A stretch of DNA of 16,146 nucleotides. It comes from Tolypothrix carrinoi HA7290-LM1 (lineage in GTDB: Bacteria; Cyanobacteriota; Cyanobacteriia; Cyanobacteriales; Nostocaceae). Position numbers and translations under genes: made by a program. The first letter of the stretch is position 1. Each line of letters starts with the position of its first letter. The DNA lies in contig JAHHIK010000148.1 of assembly GCA_019358935.1 (NCBI GenBank), forward strand, positions 1 to 16,146, given 5' to 3'. A model generated the notes under the pieces. The model was not told where the DNA came from. It searched no databases and was given only the letters and a program-made list of their open reading frames with translations. Positions 15,902 to 16,146 of this stretch are shown piece by piece.

Positions 15902-16146
15902 GGGGCATTGGGCATGGGGCATGGGGCATCGGGCATCGGGCATGGGGCATCGGGCATGGGGCATCGGGCATGGGGCATGGGGCATCGGGCATGGAAATAC
16001 GCGATCGCTTCTTTTTATTCCCATTGCCCATTGCCCATTGCCCATTGCCCATTGCCCATTGCCCATTGCCCATTGCCCATTGCCCATTGCCCATTGCCCA
16101 TTGCCCATTGCCCATTGCCCATTGCCCATTGCCCATTGCCCATTGC
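15902..16146. repeat. STRR element, copy 2 (runs off the window end)
   Basis: (GGGGCAT/CGGGCAT)n at 15902-15992, the identical 29-bp core at 15993-16021, then at least 18 perfect CCCATTG units. Confidence 0.92.

Larger units (their letters stand above)
399..16008. repeat. HIP1 (GCGATCGC) dispersed octamer, ~14 copies
   Basis: Seen at 399, 3321, 4776, 5261, 7467, 8785, 9691, 11224, 12948, 13359, 13909, 14454, 15592 and 16001 (manual count). Confidence 0.9.

Noticed and set aside
15783..16136. Minus-strand MGNGQWA-repeat ORFs
   Set aside because: Same STRR artefact; one also overlaps glgC antisense.

Overview
Chromosomal window from a filamentous cyanobacterium, probably Nostocales. The basis is about 14 HIP1 GCGATCGC sites, heptameric STRR-type repeats and cyanobacterial-type rpoZ and glgC. 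Bases 1-1820 are a nest of mobile elements: the 3' end and right end of an IS605-type tnpB element, a frameshifted IS5-family transposase remnant, and an apparently intact non-autonomous IS200/IS605 element encoding an HNH-less IsrB-type OMEGA nickase. The IsrB element has an upstream omegaRNA, both end hairpins and an ATGA(A) TAM. That TAM is also the start codon of the downstream serine hydrolase, and the element end supplies an AAGGAG Shine-Dalgarno. The middle holds mostly housekeeping-type genes: Uma2 endonuclease, metallophosphoesterase, tRNA-Pro(GGG), DUF1818-like, rpoZ, fasciclin and a GH13 neopullulanase-like enzyme. The right part has a signal-peptide-less S8 protease, a decayed pentapeptide-repeat gene, a 98-aa ORF that looks like a free-standing copy of the protease's own propeptide (candidate protease/inhibitor pair) and glgC. 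Intergenic regions contain triply nested ~40-50 bp structured repeats, a twice-occurring STRR element with an identical 29-bp HIP1 core and a 21-bp tandem array. All family assignments come from motif recognition by eye; no searches were run.
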